Below are positions 28,025 to 44,879 of a stretch of DNA of 64,000 nucleotides, piece by piece. The notes beneath the pieces were generated by a model. It saw nothing but the letters and a program-made list of their open reading frames with translations. It did not search any database and was not told the DNA's origin. The position numbers and the translations under genes are program-made. Within the stretch, counting starts at the first letter, position 1. The number at the start of each line of letters is the position of its first letter. The DNA is from Guillardia theta CCMP2712 (lineage: Eukaryota > Protista > Cryptophyta), in contig NW_005434671.1 of assembly GCF_000315625.1 (NCBI RefSeq), positions 476,078 through 540,077 of the forward strand, in the 5' to 3' direction.

Positions 28025-29184
28025 TCACGCCATGGCAGCAAGCTCTGCTTCCAGAGTTTTGATCTCCTGCTCAACTGCAGCTTGACTTGCGATCTTCTCC
28101 GCCTGCTCCTGGTTGGGAGTGAGTTCACCCTTGTCGACTTTGCCCTTGAGCTCATCAATCTGCTTGAGCTTCTTCTTGAGATTTCGGATCTTGCAACCAA
28201 ACTCAGTCGCCATGGACAACAGATCGATCGTCCTCTTCTCACCCTCTTCTGGAGAGCTTCCTTGGGATCCATCGGGGCCTCCTCCGTCTTGGCTGCCTCC
28301 GCCTTCAAGCTCACCTTCTCCACTCCTTCTGCTACCTCATCGACACTCGAGCCGGCCTTGGCAGCCTCCTCCTTCCTCTTCTTCCGGTTCTCGTTCCTCC
28401 GTTGATGCTGGCTCTTGGGTTTCTGCTGGGAGGCGGCGAAGGCTTCAGGGTCCATGCCGGGCACAAACCCAGGGATCTGCTCGTCCCTCCATCTGCGATA
28501 CTTGAGCAACCAGCACAATGCCCGACAACGTCAGGGTCTCACTTGGATCCCCTCGTTTCGAACTTCTTCACCTCGTCCGGAGGGACGTACCCTTTCTTCA
28601 CCTTCACCTCCTTGCGCCAGGTCCCATCGGGACGCTGAGAGGCTGGGATGACCTGCCACAGGAAGGATCACACTAGTCCCATTAACGACCATCGGGAAGC
28701 AGCATGCGCATTTCAACGTGTTCGAGAACCAAAGACATGAAGGGACAGTGGCAGTGTGCCGAATGATGTTGGTGGAGCAGGAGAGTGATCATGGCAAGCG
28801 TTCCTGATTGGATATGTGCTCGCTATTCCATTGCAAATTGCTCACATCTCAACCACCTTGGTGAATGCAACTATCCTGTACTAGCACGACCAAATTTCTT
28901 CAGCGATATCATACTCGTCAAAACATTCTCATATCCCACGATCTTGTCGGCATCCTGAAATTCTCCACTCTCAATGGTATGGAGCATCTTGGTTTATAAA
29001 ACAAATGATGGGTCGCCGTGTCCCATTCAACTCTTGCACCCACCAAACTCTGTTGAGATCTCGGTTATCCTTATCTTCAACTTCTCTACCTTCTTCTGAA
29101 GGACACATCTCTCTTAACAACCTCGCTTCACTCTCTCCTCCCCTCCTCTCCCGAACTCACATCATATTTGTCGTCGTCTGCCAT
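28025..29184 (-). CDS. PYM1: Partner of Y14 and Mago (PYM/WIBG)
   Basis: MADDDKYD|VIPASQRPDGTWRKEVKVKKGYVPPDEV is the Mago-binding motif. The C-terminus reads IRNLKKKLKQIDELK...LTPNQEQAEKI. Confidence 0.88.
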
Positions 29185-29989
29185 TACAGAGCTGCTGGTC
29201 ACGTGGCACCTTGCCGGGGCGCTGAGATGGGATGTGGTCTAGACTCAGGGCCGGGCCCGGCCGGGGGCCCGGCCGCGCTATCCGAAGGCTTGCCGCTGAG
29301 TGCCAAAGCCCCCGGCCCAGTCCGAGCCTCACTGTCAGGCTGGCACTGCCGCACCCGCCGGGTGAACTCGGGACCCGTAACGCCGTCACGGTGCCAGGGG
29401 CGGCCGGAAACTGCTAGGGGATTAGCCCGGCGCCGCCGGCCGCCGCAGTATGCGTCCCAGGCTCAGTGTCATTCCTTCGCCGGTGGCCCGTGTCAGTTAA
29501 CTGAGTTTGCTCAATCGATAGGACAGCAGCCTGATGAGAGTAGGCTCTCCCGGCTTGCTGTCTTTTCTCTTCCGAGTCACTGAGTCTCGCCGCGCCATAT
29601 GCCATACGGCCCGGCCGGGCGCGCGGCGCCGGCGCCGCCGCCCGGCGTCCGATCGGCCGGGCCCGGCCCGGGCCTGCCGGCGCGGCCAGTGCGCCGCGAT
29701 CGGACTGAGCCCAAGTTACTACGGTGCCGTCTCAGTCCTCAGCCGATTGTCCTCGTACTGATTTTTAACTTAACTTTGAGTAAAGCTCGAAATTTATGGG
29801 GTGGGGTGGTTCGGTTTGAATGCGCGTGTAAAAACTTGGCTATCTGCGGCAGATCGTTGGAGGCGACGGCGATGAGACTTGCGAGGAAGGGAGGAGGAGG
29901 AAGGGAGGAGGAGGATAAGTTCACCTGCTAGCACAGAGCTCTTCTCCCGCCTCCTCTGCCTCCTGCCTCATCCGTGAGCGAGCAACATC

Positions 29990-35258
<5,269 letters not shown>

Positions 35259-35307
35259 CTCACTGACCTCTCTGACCTCTGCAGGTGTTGAAGCTAGTCC
35301 GATGATG

Positions 35308-38064
35308 CTCGTCCGGTCCGGCCGGGCCGGGCGGCAGGGGGCCGGCCAGGCTCCGACTCGCCATCCGATCATGCCGCCGCATGATCTCTTCAAACTATTA
35401 GTTAACTCAACCGTTCCACTGAGTGGGGCATGATCGCACCGCAGTGCCGCAGGCCCGGCGAATCTGCAAGGTGACTCACGGTGACCGGGCGGTAGACAGG
35501 GCCGTGTCACGGCGTCCCGGCTCCGAGCAGCCGCCGCTGGCAGCACTTCGGTGAACCGGTCACCGTACTACCCCGGAGCGGGCAAGCTGAGCGGCCGCGC
35601 CGATCGCCGCACTGTCCGGTTCTGTGACCGTCCGGTCACTCAGCGGCCTCCGGACCGTCACGGTCAAGCCTCCTCGATCATAGTTCAGGAGAGTCTCCTG
35701 ATTATCCTCGTACTCAGTGATTTTTAACTTCACTTGAAGATGAGTAGATGTGCAGTCCCGTGTCCCGTAGTCCGTCACACTGGCAGTAAGATTGCACACC
35801 GTGGCACCGTCTGAAAGCCGCACTGATCAGGGTCGGAGAGTCACGAAGGCCGCTGAGCCGCCGGGTTCTCCGGCGGACGGCTGGGACAATGCAAGGGATT
35901 CGGAGCAGGGCGGCAGACTCGGATGCTTTCTAGCAGACTGATGAAATCAGTGAAGCTCCTTCACTGTAGGCCCTGACTCCAGCAGTAATAGTGAACTCAG
36001 TCGCGCCGTCAAAGCATAGTATCCACGGCCGGCCCGGCGTGCCAAGGATCATTGTATTTCCAAAGTTAGTCGCATGATGTCTTGCAATGGCGGCCAGTCC
36101 GGGCCGAGGCTCTCTCATTCTACTGAAGTTTCAATACGTACTTTATTCCCCTCCCTCGCTACGGTGAGCCACTGTTACCATTGACACTGGATACACAAAC
36201 ATCACAAGCATGCAACAGGTCTTGACAGTCATGGGCCACAGTGTTCGCAGTAAGAGTCGTTTGACCAAAGGCGATTATGGTACGATATTAAGATGCTTCA
36301 GTACGAGCCCCATCGTCCTATTCAATTCATCTAACTTGCCGTCCATTTTCTCGAACTTGCCGTCCATTTTCTCGAACTTGCTGTCGACCGTGTTCTTCAG
36401 ATCCTGCATGACTCCAAAGATATTCCTGTACGGAGTGTACATCAAAAAGAACGGTATCCTGGCAGGTTCCACCATCGGTTCCAGATCATACTTGGTGTCA
36501 GAAGCCAGAGAAAAGAACTCCCTCATACACAAACTGACTATCTCAAACTCCTCTCTCTTGCCGTTCATCAACAAGCCCATCGCCGCGATCTTTGTGTCTG
36601 CACCAATCATGTCGTCCTTCAATACATTGTACAGCCGATTGACCTGGAACAGCTTCTCAAAGACCTTCCCTGGCTTCTCCGTGATCTCAAAGCAGATGTA
36701 CTCCCCCTTTCTAATCTCAAAGTGCTCATACGAGACTCCAGGCTGTCCGAATATCTTCACGTCCGCAGCGGGTTGGTCGATCACGTCCTTGAAGATGGTT
36801 TCAAGATCCGTGTCCTCGTCAAAGCTCACGCACAGGTCGGCTTGGAATTCTGTTACTTTTTCTATGTTTTGAGTTTTAGCAGCCAATCGACTGATTGTCA
36901 AGCCACTCTCATCATGGCATTTCTCCAAGCGTTTGGTATACTTATTGCAGGCGGCGTCGACCGCAGCGTTAAACCTCTTCATGTAGTCCTCAGTGAGAAC
37001 GCCACTCCCTGTGAGCTTGTGACTCATACCCTTGTCCACTCGGAGTTTCTCCCGTCGTGTACAGCCTGGACTCGCACATCTGCTGAGGATAAGACTTTCA
37101 AACGCTTCCAAATGATGCTCGAGGTCGAGAGGAGATCTCAGGCATTGATAGTCAGCCTTGCCTGATGGATCAGGCTTGCTCGAGCTGAGCATGCGGTAGG
37201 GCCATTGCAGAAAGCTGTGCATGCGGTACTGAGGCTTGCGTCTCATCCAGCCTGGACTCGCACATCTGCTGAGGATAAGACTTTCGCCATACGCGCCCAT
37301 ATGATGCTCGGCCTTGCCTGATGGATCAGGCTTGCTCGAGCTGAGCATGCGGTAGGGCCATTGCAGAAAGCTGTGCATGCGGTACTGAGGCTTGCGTCTC
37401 ATCCAGCCTGGACTCGCACATCTGCTGAGGATAAGACTTTCGCCATACGCGCCCATATGATGCTCGGCCTTGCCTGATGGATCAGGCTTGCTCGAGCTGA
37501 GCATGCGGTAGGGCCATTGCAGAAAGCTGTGCATGCGGTACTGAGGCTTGCGTCTCATCCAGCCTGGACTCGCACATCTGCTGAGGATAACACTTTCACC
37601 ATACGCGCCCATATGATGCTCGGCCTTGCCTGATGGATCAGGCTTGCTCGAGCTGAGCATGCGGTGGGGCCATTGCAGAAAGCTGTGCATGCGGTACTGA
37701 GGCTTGCGTCTCATCCAGCCTGGACTCGCACATCTGCTGAGGATAAGACTTTCGCCATACGCGCCCATATGATGCTCGGCCTTGCCTGATGGATCAGGCT
37801 TGCTCGAGCTGAGCATGCGGTAGGGCCATTGCAGAAAGCTGTGCATGCGGTACTGAGGCTTGCGTCTCATCCAGCCTGGACTCGCACATCTGCTGAGGAT
37901 AAGACTTTCGCCATACGCGCCCATATGATGCTCGGCCTTGCCTGATGGATCAGGCTTGCTCGAGCTGAGCATGCGGTGGGGCCATTGCAGCAAGCTGTGC
38001 ATGCGGTAGCAGCACCTATGTAGCGACTTGACAGTAGTATTCATGTCCTGATTGTCCTCACACT
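35308..38064. repeat. Segmental duplication, copy 1
   Basis: Near-identical to 41700-43706 apart from the 156-bp repeat expansion and small indels. Confidence 0.95.
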
Positions 38065-38080
38065 GATCGTCCTGAAGCAA
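36275..38080 (-). CDS. Hypothetical protein: 52-aa tandem repeats + putative PD-(D/E)XK nuclease-like domain + heptad coiled-coil tail
   Basis: Uninterrupted 601-aa ORF with motifs EFQAD...FEITE...EKLFQVNR and C-terminal KFEKMDG repeats. A paralog lies at 42688..43686. Confidence 0.65.
   Translation of the reverse strand: MLQDDQCEDNQDMNTTVKSLHRCCYRMHSLLQWPHRMLSSSKPDPSGKAEHHMGAYGESLILSRCASPGWMRRKPQYRMHSFLQWPYRMLSSSKPDPSGKAEHHMGAYGESLILSRCASPGWMRRKPQYRMHSFLQWPHRMLSSSKPDPSGKAEHHMGAYGESVILSRCASPGWMRRKPQYRMHSFLQWPYRMLSSSKPDPSGKAEHHMGAYGESLILSRCASPGWMRRKPQYRMHSFLQWPYRMLSSSKPDPSGKAEHHMGAYGESLILSRCASPGWMRRKPQYRMHSFLQWPYRMLSSSKPDPSGKADYQCLRSPLDLEHHLEAFESLILSRCASPGCTRREKLRVDKGMSHKLTGSGVLTEDYMKRFNAAVDAACNKYTKRLEKCHDESGLTISRLAAKTQNIEKVTEFQADLCVSFDEDTDLETIFKDVIDQPAADVKIFGQPGVSYEHFEIRKGEYICFEITEKPGKVFEKLFQVNRLYNVLKDDMIGADTKIAAMGLLMNGKREEFEIVSLCMREFFSLASDTKYDLEPMVEPARIPFFLMYTPYRNIFGVMQDLKNTVDSKFEKMDGKFEKMDGKLDELNRTMGLVLKHLNIVP
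37155..38007. repeat. 156-bp coding tandem repeat, about 5.5 copies
   Basis: The unit encodes RMHSFLQWPYRMLSSSKPDPSGKAEHHMGAYGESLILSRCASPGWMRRKPQY. Copies are nearly identical. Confidence 0.95.
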
Positions 38081-38369
38081 CCTGCCGCAGCTTTGGGGGA
38101 ACTGGGGCTTTTATAAACTGATTATACAAGCCTCTTTTTAAAACCGCCCAGCCCTACCACACTCTACAACCTTTTTTGGAAACCTCCATACGAATCTCTG
38201 TACCGTGTCGAGCCCATCCTGACAAAGTTTGCTAGGGCCACACGACCTCCCCGTACCTCCCGGTCTACCAGTTGTACCGTGACCTCATGTGTATATAAGA
38301 GCTCCAGTACCTTGCAGTGTACCAAGAAATTAGATATCAACCTCGCCTCGTACAAACCCCTGCGGCGCT

Positions 38370-38790
38370 TCATGCGAGTGACTACCCGTGCTCAACTGCT
38401 GAGCCCTGAGTCAACAGCAGGGGTGGGGAGCGTAGTGTTTTTTTTTTTTGTTGCCGCCAACAAACTTTTTGACCGAACTGAAGTTTCCCGCCAGAACTCG
38501 GAAGCCGCGTCCGACTCGGACTCCGAGTTCCCGCCTTTAAAGATTCCCGCCAAAAATCTCTGTACCGTGTAGAGCGGCGCCGCTCATGCGAGTGACTACC
38601 CGTGGCTCAACTGCTGAGCCCTGAGTCAACAGCAGGGGTGGGGACTCCCCCGGAGCGTAGTGTTTTTGACCGTACGGTAGTACTCAGTGACTACCAAGCT
38701 GAGTTCCCGCCAGAACTCGGAAGCCGCGTCCGACGGACTCGGCCGCGCGGACTCCGAGTTCCCGCCTTTAAAGATTCCCGCCGGCAAAAA
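38370..38790. repeat. Degenerate ~200-bp direct repeat, two copies
   Basis: The sequence TCATGCGAGTGACTACCCGTG...CCCGCCTTTAAAGATTCCCGCC occurs at ~38370-38552 and ~38584-38782. Confidence 0.85.
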
Positions 38791-41700
38791 AGGCGAGTCA
38801 CGAGTCATAGCGTTGTCGGGTCAAGGAACTTGCTGACAATTGGGATTTGTACCAGATCCAGGCGTTTTCCAGTACAAAATTGTGTGTGAGTAAAAAATCC
38901 AAGGATTGGAAGGTTTGAAAATCCATTTCCAGCGCTGCAAGTTCAACGGCAACCGGGGGTAATTGAGAGCTTAGATAAGTAAACAGTTGTTCCTATTGCC
39001 TTTGCATAGGATCACTTAGGCCCTTGTATAGTGGAGTAATGATTTGTACCAGAACCTGATGGGTAGGCGTGGTAGTATTTCAAATGATTCGAACCCAACG
39101 GACGCGACAGGGGGGTGGGGGGTACAGGTCTTGCTCTGGTACTGTAATGGGTACCTTTTAAAATACATTTAGCAGAGGGTGTCTCCCTCCCCATCTCCCT
39201 GCCCTCCGCACTTGCGCATCCCTATCCTTCCCTGTCCATGAGTCTCAGACTCTCGTCAGACCTTCCCTGATGACCCTCAACTTTCTTTGACGCTTCTGTC
39301 TGCCTTGTCCTTCCTCAACTTGCTGGAAATTCAAACTCTGAAACCATGCCCATGAGTTGACAAGCACTGAGTTTCTCAGTTTGAATGCGGGAGGAAAGAT
39401 GATTCATGGAATGTAACTCAGGTGTGCATATTTCAAGCTGATGGATACGAGTTGTATAGCACTGGCAAATGACTGTCATTTTACTTCTCAATGATACAGC
39501 ATCAAGAACTTGCTCTCGATCCATCAGTACTTGCAAAGGGTCATTTTTCAGACAGAACTTCGAGTTCATCTTTATTTTGCGTTGATCCACACGATGACAT
39601 CTGTTTGATACACTATGTTTGATGAATAGTAAGAAAGAAAGGCTGAACTGTGCACCGCTTGACTGAATTTTCTACAATACTCTTCAATTGTGTAAGAGAG
39701 CATGTCACATGTAATCATACCAGGCAAACAAGTCACAGTATCGCTCCAAACCGCGTTGTGCTTGAAACTGAGACTCTACATGAAGATGTTATCGGACTAG
39801 TCGAATGATGTACAACTTTATGGTGATACGTGGTTTAGAACTGTTGCAAAGCGGACATGGGAATATGTAGCGGCCTAGGTGATGTTTTCAACGTACTTCA
39901 ATAAAACAAAGCCAAGTTGTTGCTAACAACATCATCATTTCTCCATGAGCCTGCATGACCTGATGTACATGTTAGAGAAGTCGATGCTCATTCATCAAAA
40001 GAGTGGTTAGACAAGAAATTGGTAGATACTTCTGCGCAGCATTCTTGTGTATGTGGAATCGTGCACACTCACCGTCGTGTGGAAGTGTTTGCACATTCTT
40101 CTGCGCAAGTCTCATACATTGTCCTTATCATCTGGAATGGTTGACTTTCGCTGCAAGTAATATGAGCAGCGCAAAGTTGGCAAACTTATCCATATGGTTG
40201 GAATGCCGGCGATGTATTGCAGGCTGCATAGCACCTGAGCGCTTTGTTCCACTTATCGCTTGGTTCCAAACAATTGATGATATCGCAGCATGCAACTCGC
40301 ATTGGCCCAAGGATGTCAAGCGAGGAAAAGATCAGGATGATGGAAGGGCGAGAATGCAGCGAATAAGAAAAGCTGGTCAGGCTCAGTTTACTTTGTGTAA
40401 GAAAATGCCAATGCTTTGTACATGTGAGGTTACAAAGAAAGAGGCAAGAAAGCTCTGGTATGAGAAGAAAGATTTATTCAAAAGGGTATGTCCATTTTTG
40501 TCTGCATGATTCAATCGGATCCAACATCAATTACCTGCTCCTGATACCATGTCAGTCTAGTCAAAACAAAGATATCAGCACCTTGAAAATTTCTTGCTTC
40601 GACTCGAGGTGAAGGAAATGAAATATGATTTACAATGCTATAAAGGGTATCGTTTTGTCGCTCAAAAGCGTCTTGATTGTAAGTCATCAAATGGAACACG
40701 ACATGCAATCAATTTGCAAGTCATGCCTTCATGTGGTACCTCATCACTGCCATTTGATGAATGCACTGGTATTCCTTGCAACTCTTTACATGCCTTGGCA
40801 ATACTCTTGCATATTGCTCAGACCGCCCTCAAGCCCGACTCTTTGCAGCAGATTCCTATGAAATAAGTATAGATCATGCTGTCTCCGTGACATGCTTCAT
40901 GACTTCCTACTAATTGCTCATGTCAATGTCATCCATCGTACAGCGCCACTAGCGGACGGTCCGTGCGGAGTACTCCTTATTCAAGCTGCTAAAATCTATG
41001 ATGATCAACCCTCTTTACATGTGTTTGCAATCACAGAGATGTTTTCAGACTGCTGCGCTCACACCAGATTCTGCAGGGATTGCCTCTGCTTGTCCTCGTC
41101 TGAGCTCTCCTGCTGCAGATGAGTCACGTCTGCGTAACATTCACTTGCTAACCTTGGATATGCAACCAGGGAAGGGAAGGGGTAAGGCTTGAGAGCTCCC
41201 TCTGATCTACAAGGGTGGTCTATGTTGGTTGGAGGCAGGGTAGGGTCCAAAACTTGACCCCATCGAAGAAGACACTTTCACTGGGAAACAGGTGGGTCCA
41301 ATGCAACATAGTTTGAACAGGGGAGGTACCGCATAAACTATTTTGGTACAAGTTTTCCTAACAGTACCCGAATATGTACCATAACATTGGTACTGTTGGT
41401 ACAATTATTTGCTACCAGAAAGTACCCTACCCCCTTAAACAGGTCCCAACAAATTTGAATCAGCTCCCAGCCGTCTGACCCACCCCAGACCCCAACTGCC
41501 ATTTGCTATTCACATATGTGGAAGGATACCCCCACAGAAAACTATTGGAAACCAGAGGGGTCAGTTGAGAGCGACAACGCTCAGCCGCTATGAGTCCGCA
41601 GGGGCCACGCCGGCACCGCCGACCGGGACTCCGGAAAGCCTGAAGGGGTGTCGGACGGTCGGAAGTGGTCAACCGTGCCGTGGGCTACACAAACGGAGGC

Positions 41701-42687
41701 TCGTCCGGTCCGGCCGGGCCGGGCGGCAGGGGGCCGGCCAGGCTCCGACTCGCCATCCGATCCGATGATGCCGCCATGATCTCTTCAAACTATTAGTTAA
41801 CTCAACCGTTCCACTGAGTGGGGCATGATCGCACCGCAGTGCCGCAGGCCCGCCCCGGCAAATCTGCAAGGTGACTCAGTGACCGACCGGTAGAGGCAGG
41901 GCCGTGTACGGTCACGGCGTCCCGGCTCCGAGCAGCGGCCGCTCAGGGCAGCACTTCGGTGACCCGGTCACCGTACCGTACTACCCCGGAGCCTCCGCGG
42001 GCAAGCTGAGCGGCCGCGCCGATCGCCGCACTGTCCGGTTCTGTGACCGTCCGGTCACTCAGCGGCCTCCGGACCGTCACGGTCAAGCCTCTTCGATTCA
42101 GGAGAGTCTCCTGATTATCCTCGTACTCAGTGATTTTTAACTTCACTTGAAGATGAGTAGATGTGCAGTCCCGTGTCCCGTAGTCACACTGGCAGTAAGA
42201 TTGCACACCGTGGCACCGTCTGAAAGCCGCACTGATCAGGGTCGGAGAGTCACGAAGGCCGCTGAGCCGCCGGGTTCTCCGGCGGACGGCTGGGACAATG
42301 CAAGGGATTCGGAGCAGGGCGGCAGACTCGGATGCTTTCTAGCAGACTGATGAAATCAGTGAAGCTCCTTCACTGTAGGCCCTGACTCCAGCAGTAATAG
42401 TGAACTCAGTCAGTCGCGCCGTCAAAGCATAGTATCCACGGCCGGCCCGGCGTGCCAAGGATCATTGTATTTCCAAAGTTAGTCGCATGATGTCTTGCAA
42501 TGGCGGCCAGTCCGGGCCGAGGCTCTCTCATTCTACTGAAGTTTCAATACGTACTTTATTCCCCTCCCTCGCTACGGTGAGCCACTGTTACCATTGACAC
42601 TGGATACACAAACATCACAAGCATGCAACAGGTCTTGACAGTCATGGGCCACAGTGTTCGCAGTAAGAGTCGTTTGACCAAAGGCGA

Positions 42688-43686
42688 TTATGGTACGATA
42701 TTAAGATGCTTCAGTACGAGCCCCATCGTCCTATTCAATTCATCTAACTTGCCGTCCATTTTCTCGAACTTGCCGTCCATTTTCTCGAACTTGCCGTCCA
42801 TTTCATTGAACTTGCTGTCGACCGTGTTCTTCAGATCCTGCATGACTCCAAAGATATTCCTGTACGGAGTGTACATCAAAAAGAACGGTATCCTGGCAGG
42901 TTCCACCATCGGTTCCAGATCATACTTGGCGTCAGAAGCCAGAGAAAAGAACTCCCTCATACACAAACTGACTATCTCAAACTCCTCTCTCTTGCCGTTC
43001 ATCAACAAGCCCATCGCCGCGATCTTTGTGTCTGCACCAATCATGTCGTCCTTCAATACATTGTACAGCCGATTGACCTGGAACAGCTTCTCAAAGACCT
43101 TCCCTGGCTTCTCCGTGATCTCAAAGCAGATGTACTCCCCCTTTCTAATCTCAAAGTGCTCATACGAGACTCCAGGCTGTCCGAATATCTTCACGTCCGC
43201 AGCGGGTTGGTCGATCACGTCCTTGAAGATGGTTTCAAGATCCGTGTCCTCGTCAAAGCTCACGCACAGGTCGGCTTGGAATTCTGTTACTCGAGTTTTA
43301 GCATCCAATCGACTGATTGTCAAGCCACTCTCATCATGGCATTTCTCCAAGCGTTTGGTATACTTATTGCAGGCGGCGTCGACCGCAGCGTTAAACCTCT
43401 TCATGTAGCCATCAGTGAGAACGCCACTCCCTGTGAGCTTGCGACTCATACCCTTGTCCACTCGGAGTTTCTCCCGTCGTGTACAGCCTGGACTCGCACA
43501 TCTGCTGAGGATAAGACTTTCAAACGCGTTCGCATGATGCTCGAGGTCGAGAGGAGATCTCAGGCATTGATAATCAGCCTTGCCTGATGGATCAGGCTTG
43601 CTCGAGCTGAGCATGCGGTAGGGCCATTGCAGCAAGCTGTGCATGCGGTAGCAGCACCTATGTAGCGACTTGACAGTAGTATTCAT
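42688..43686 (-). CDS. Paralog of the 36275..38080 gene, with a single N-terminal unit (332 aa)
   Basis: Intact ORF, nearly identical to the C-terminal part of the 601-aa ORF. The indels (21 bp and 12 bp) are in frame. Confidence 0.65.
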   Translation of the reverse strand: MNTTVKSLHRCCYRMHSLLQWPYRMLSSSKPDPSGKADYQCLRSPLDLEHHANAFESLILSRCASPGCTRREKLRVDKGMSRKLTGSGVLTDGYMKRFNAAVDAACNKYTKRLEKCHDESGLTISRLDAKTRVTEFQADLCVSFDEDTDLETIFKDVIDQPAADVKIFGQPGVSYEHFEIRKGEYICFEITEKPGKVFEKLFQVNRLYNVLKDDMIGADTKIAAMGLLMNGKREEFEIVSLCMREFFSLASDAKYDLEPMVEPARIPFFLMYTPYRNIFGVMQDLKNTVDSKFNEMDGKFEKMDGKFEKMDGKLDELNRTMGLVLKHLNIVP

Positions 43687-43706
43687 GTCCTGATTGTCCT
43701 CACACT

Positions 43707-43930
43707 AGCGAGACAGCCTGGAGGCCACGGTCCTGCGGCTGACGATGGAGCTGGGGAGGATGAGGGTGAGGAAGACTTCGACCCCACGGAAGGAGGACTC
43801 GGGAGGCAGCAGGGGACCGCAAGAGTCTCACCAGCCTGGCAGCACCATCGGGCCCGCAGCTGCGAAGGAGGAGCAGGAGGCCCCTGAGGAGACAAGGAGC
43901 GTCTGTCCAGAGGCAGCGTGCTCCAAGAAG
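43707..43930 (+). pseudogene. Captured fragment of the last kinesin exon
   Basis: Copy of 34870-35078 with frameshifting 7-bp and 8-bp insertions. Confidence 0.85.
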
Positions 43931-44879
43931 GGCCGTGTGTCCGGCGTGACGGCGTCCCGGCTCCGAGCAGCCGCTTTTAAGGCTTTCGGAGTACCTAATA
44001 AGAATCCGCTGGCAGCACTTCGGTGACCGTCACCGTACAACCCGGAGCGGGCAAGCTGAGCGGCCGCGCCGCCGATCGCCGCACTGTCCGGTTCCGAGTG
44101 GCGGCGTGTGAGTCCGAGTCGGTGGCATGGGCTGATCCGACTCGATGAAGCCACTCACGGTCGAGCCTCCATCACGGAGCCTCGTCACGCTGTGTACGGT
44201 GGGCAGTGACGCCCCCGGCCCGGGCCCGGCGCCGCGTACCGTACCGTGCGTACCAGGCCCTACCGTAGGTCACGCCGGTATTCGGTCGGAGCCTAGTCCC
44301 GCCGCACTCGGAGGCTCCCGGACCGTCCGATCATGAGTCACCGCCAGGCTGATTCATGTCCTATTGACCGACTCGTTTGCCAGTCACCGAGTCACAGCCT
44401 GTGCCACTGGTGGCGTGAGCGGGCCGCCGGGCGGCGCCCGCCGCCGCGCCGCCGTCCAACGGAAGTTATGGGCCGAGGCTCAGTGCCGGGCCCGGCCGAG
44501 TGGCCAGGGTGGCCGAGGTGGGCTCGAAATCATCAAGGAGAAAAATTCTAACAAGATATATACCCCCTGTTTATATGGGAAAGCACCGGTACTCACAACC
44601 ACCCCTTACCCTCTTCAAATTGCGACTACGTAAGCATAGCTGGGATCACCCACCCATGGATACTCCAGAGAAGAACACTATCAAGTACCCCTCTAAAAGT
44701 ACACCCCACCCTGCTTCTACTCCCCCATTTGCAGTTTTCAATTACACTACCCCTATCATCTCCATCTTCTTGAAGAGGGGGTGGAGGTGTGACGGTAGTA
44801 TAGGTCTCGACAGGGAGGGTAGGGGTAGTAGGGGTAGGAGGGGTAGGAGGGCGGCAGAAGGGGCGCAGGACGCCGCGGA

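Larger units (their letters stand above)
41700..44093. repeat. Segmental duplication, copy 2 (circularly permuted, includes a kinesin exon fragment)
   Basis: 41700-43706 matches 35308-38064. 43707-43930 matches 34870-35078. 43931-44093 matches ~35500-35622. Confidence 0.92.

Noticed and set aside
37155-38007. CRISPR-like array
   Set aside because: The 156-bp units are contiguous with no unique spacers, the repeat is in-frame coding, and the context is eukaryotic.
35308-44093. Duplicated segment as a classical transposon
   Set aside because: No transposase, RT or Rep-helicase motifs, terminal repeats or target-site duplications were found.
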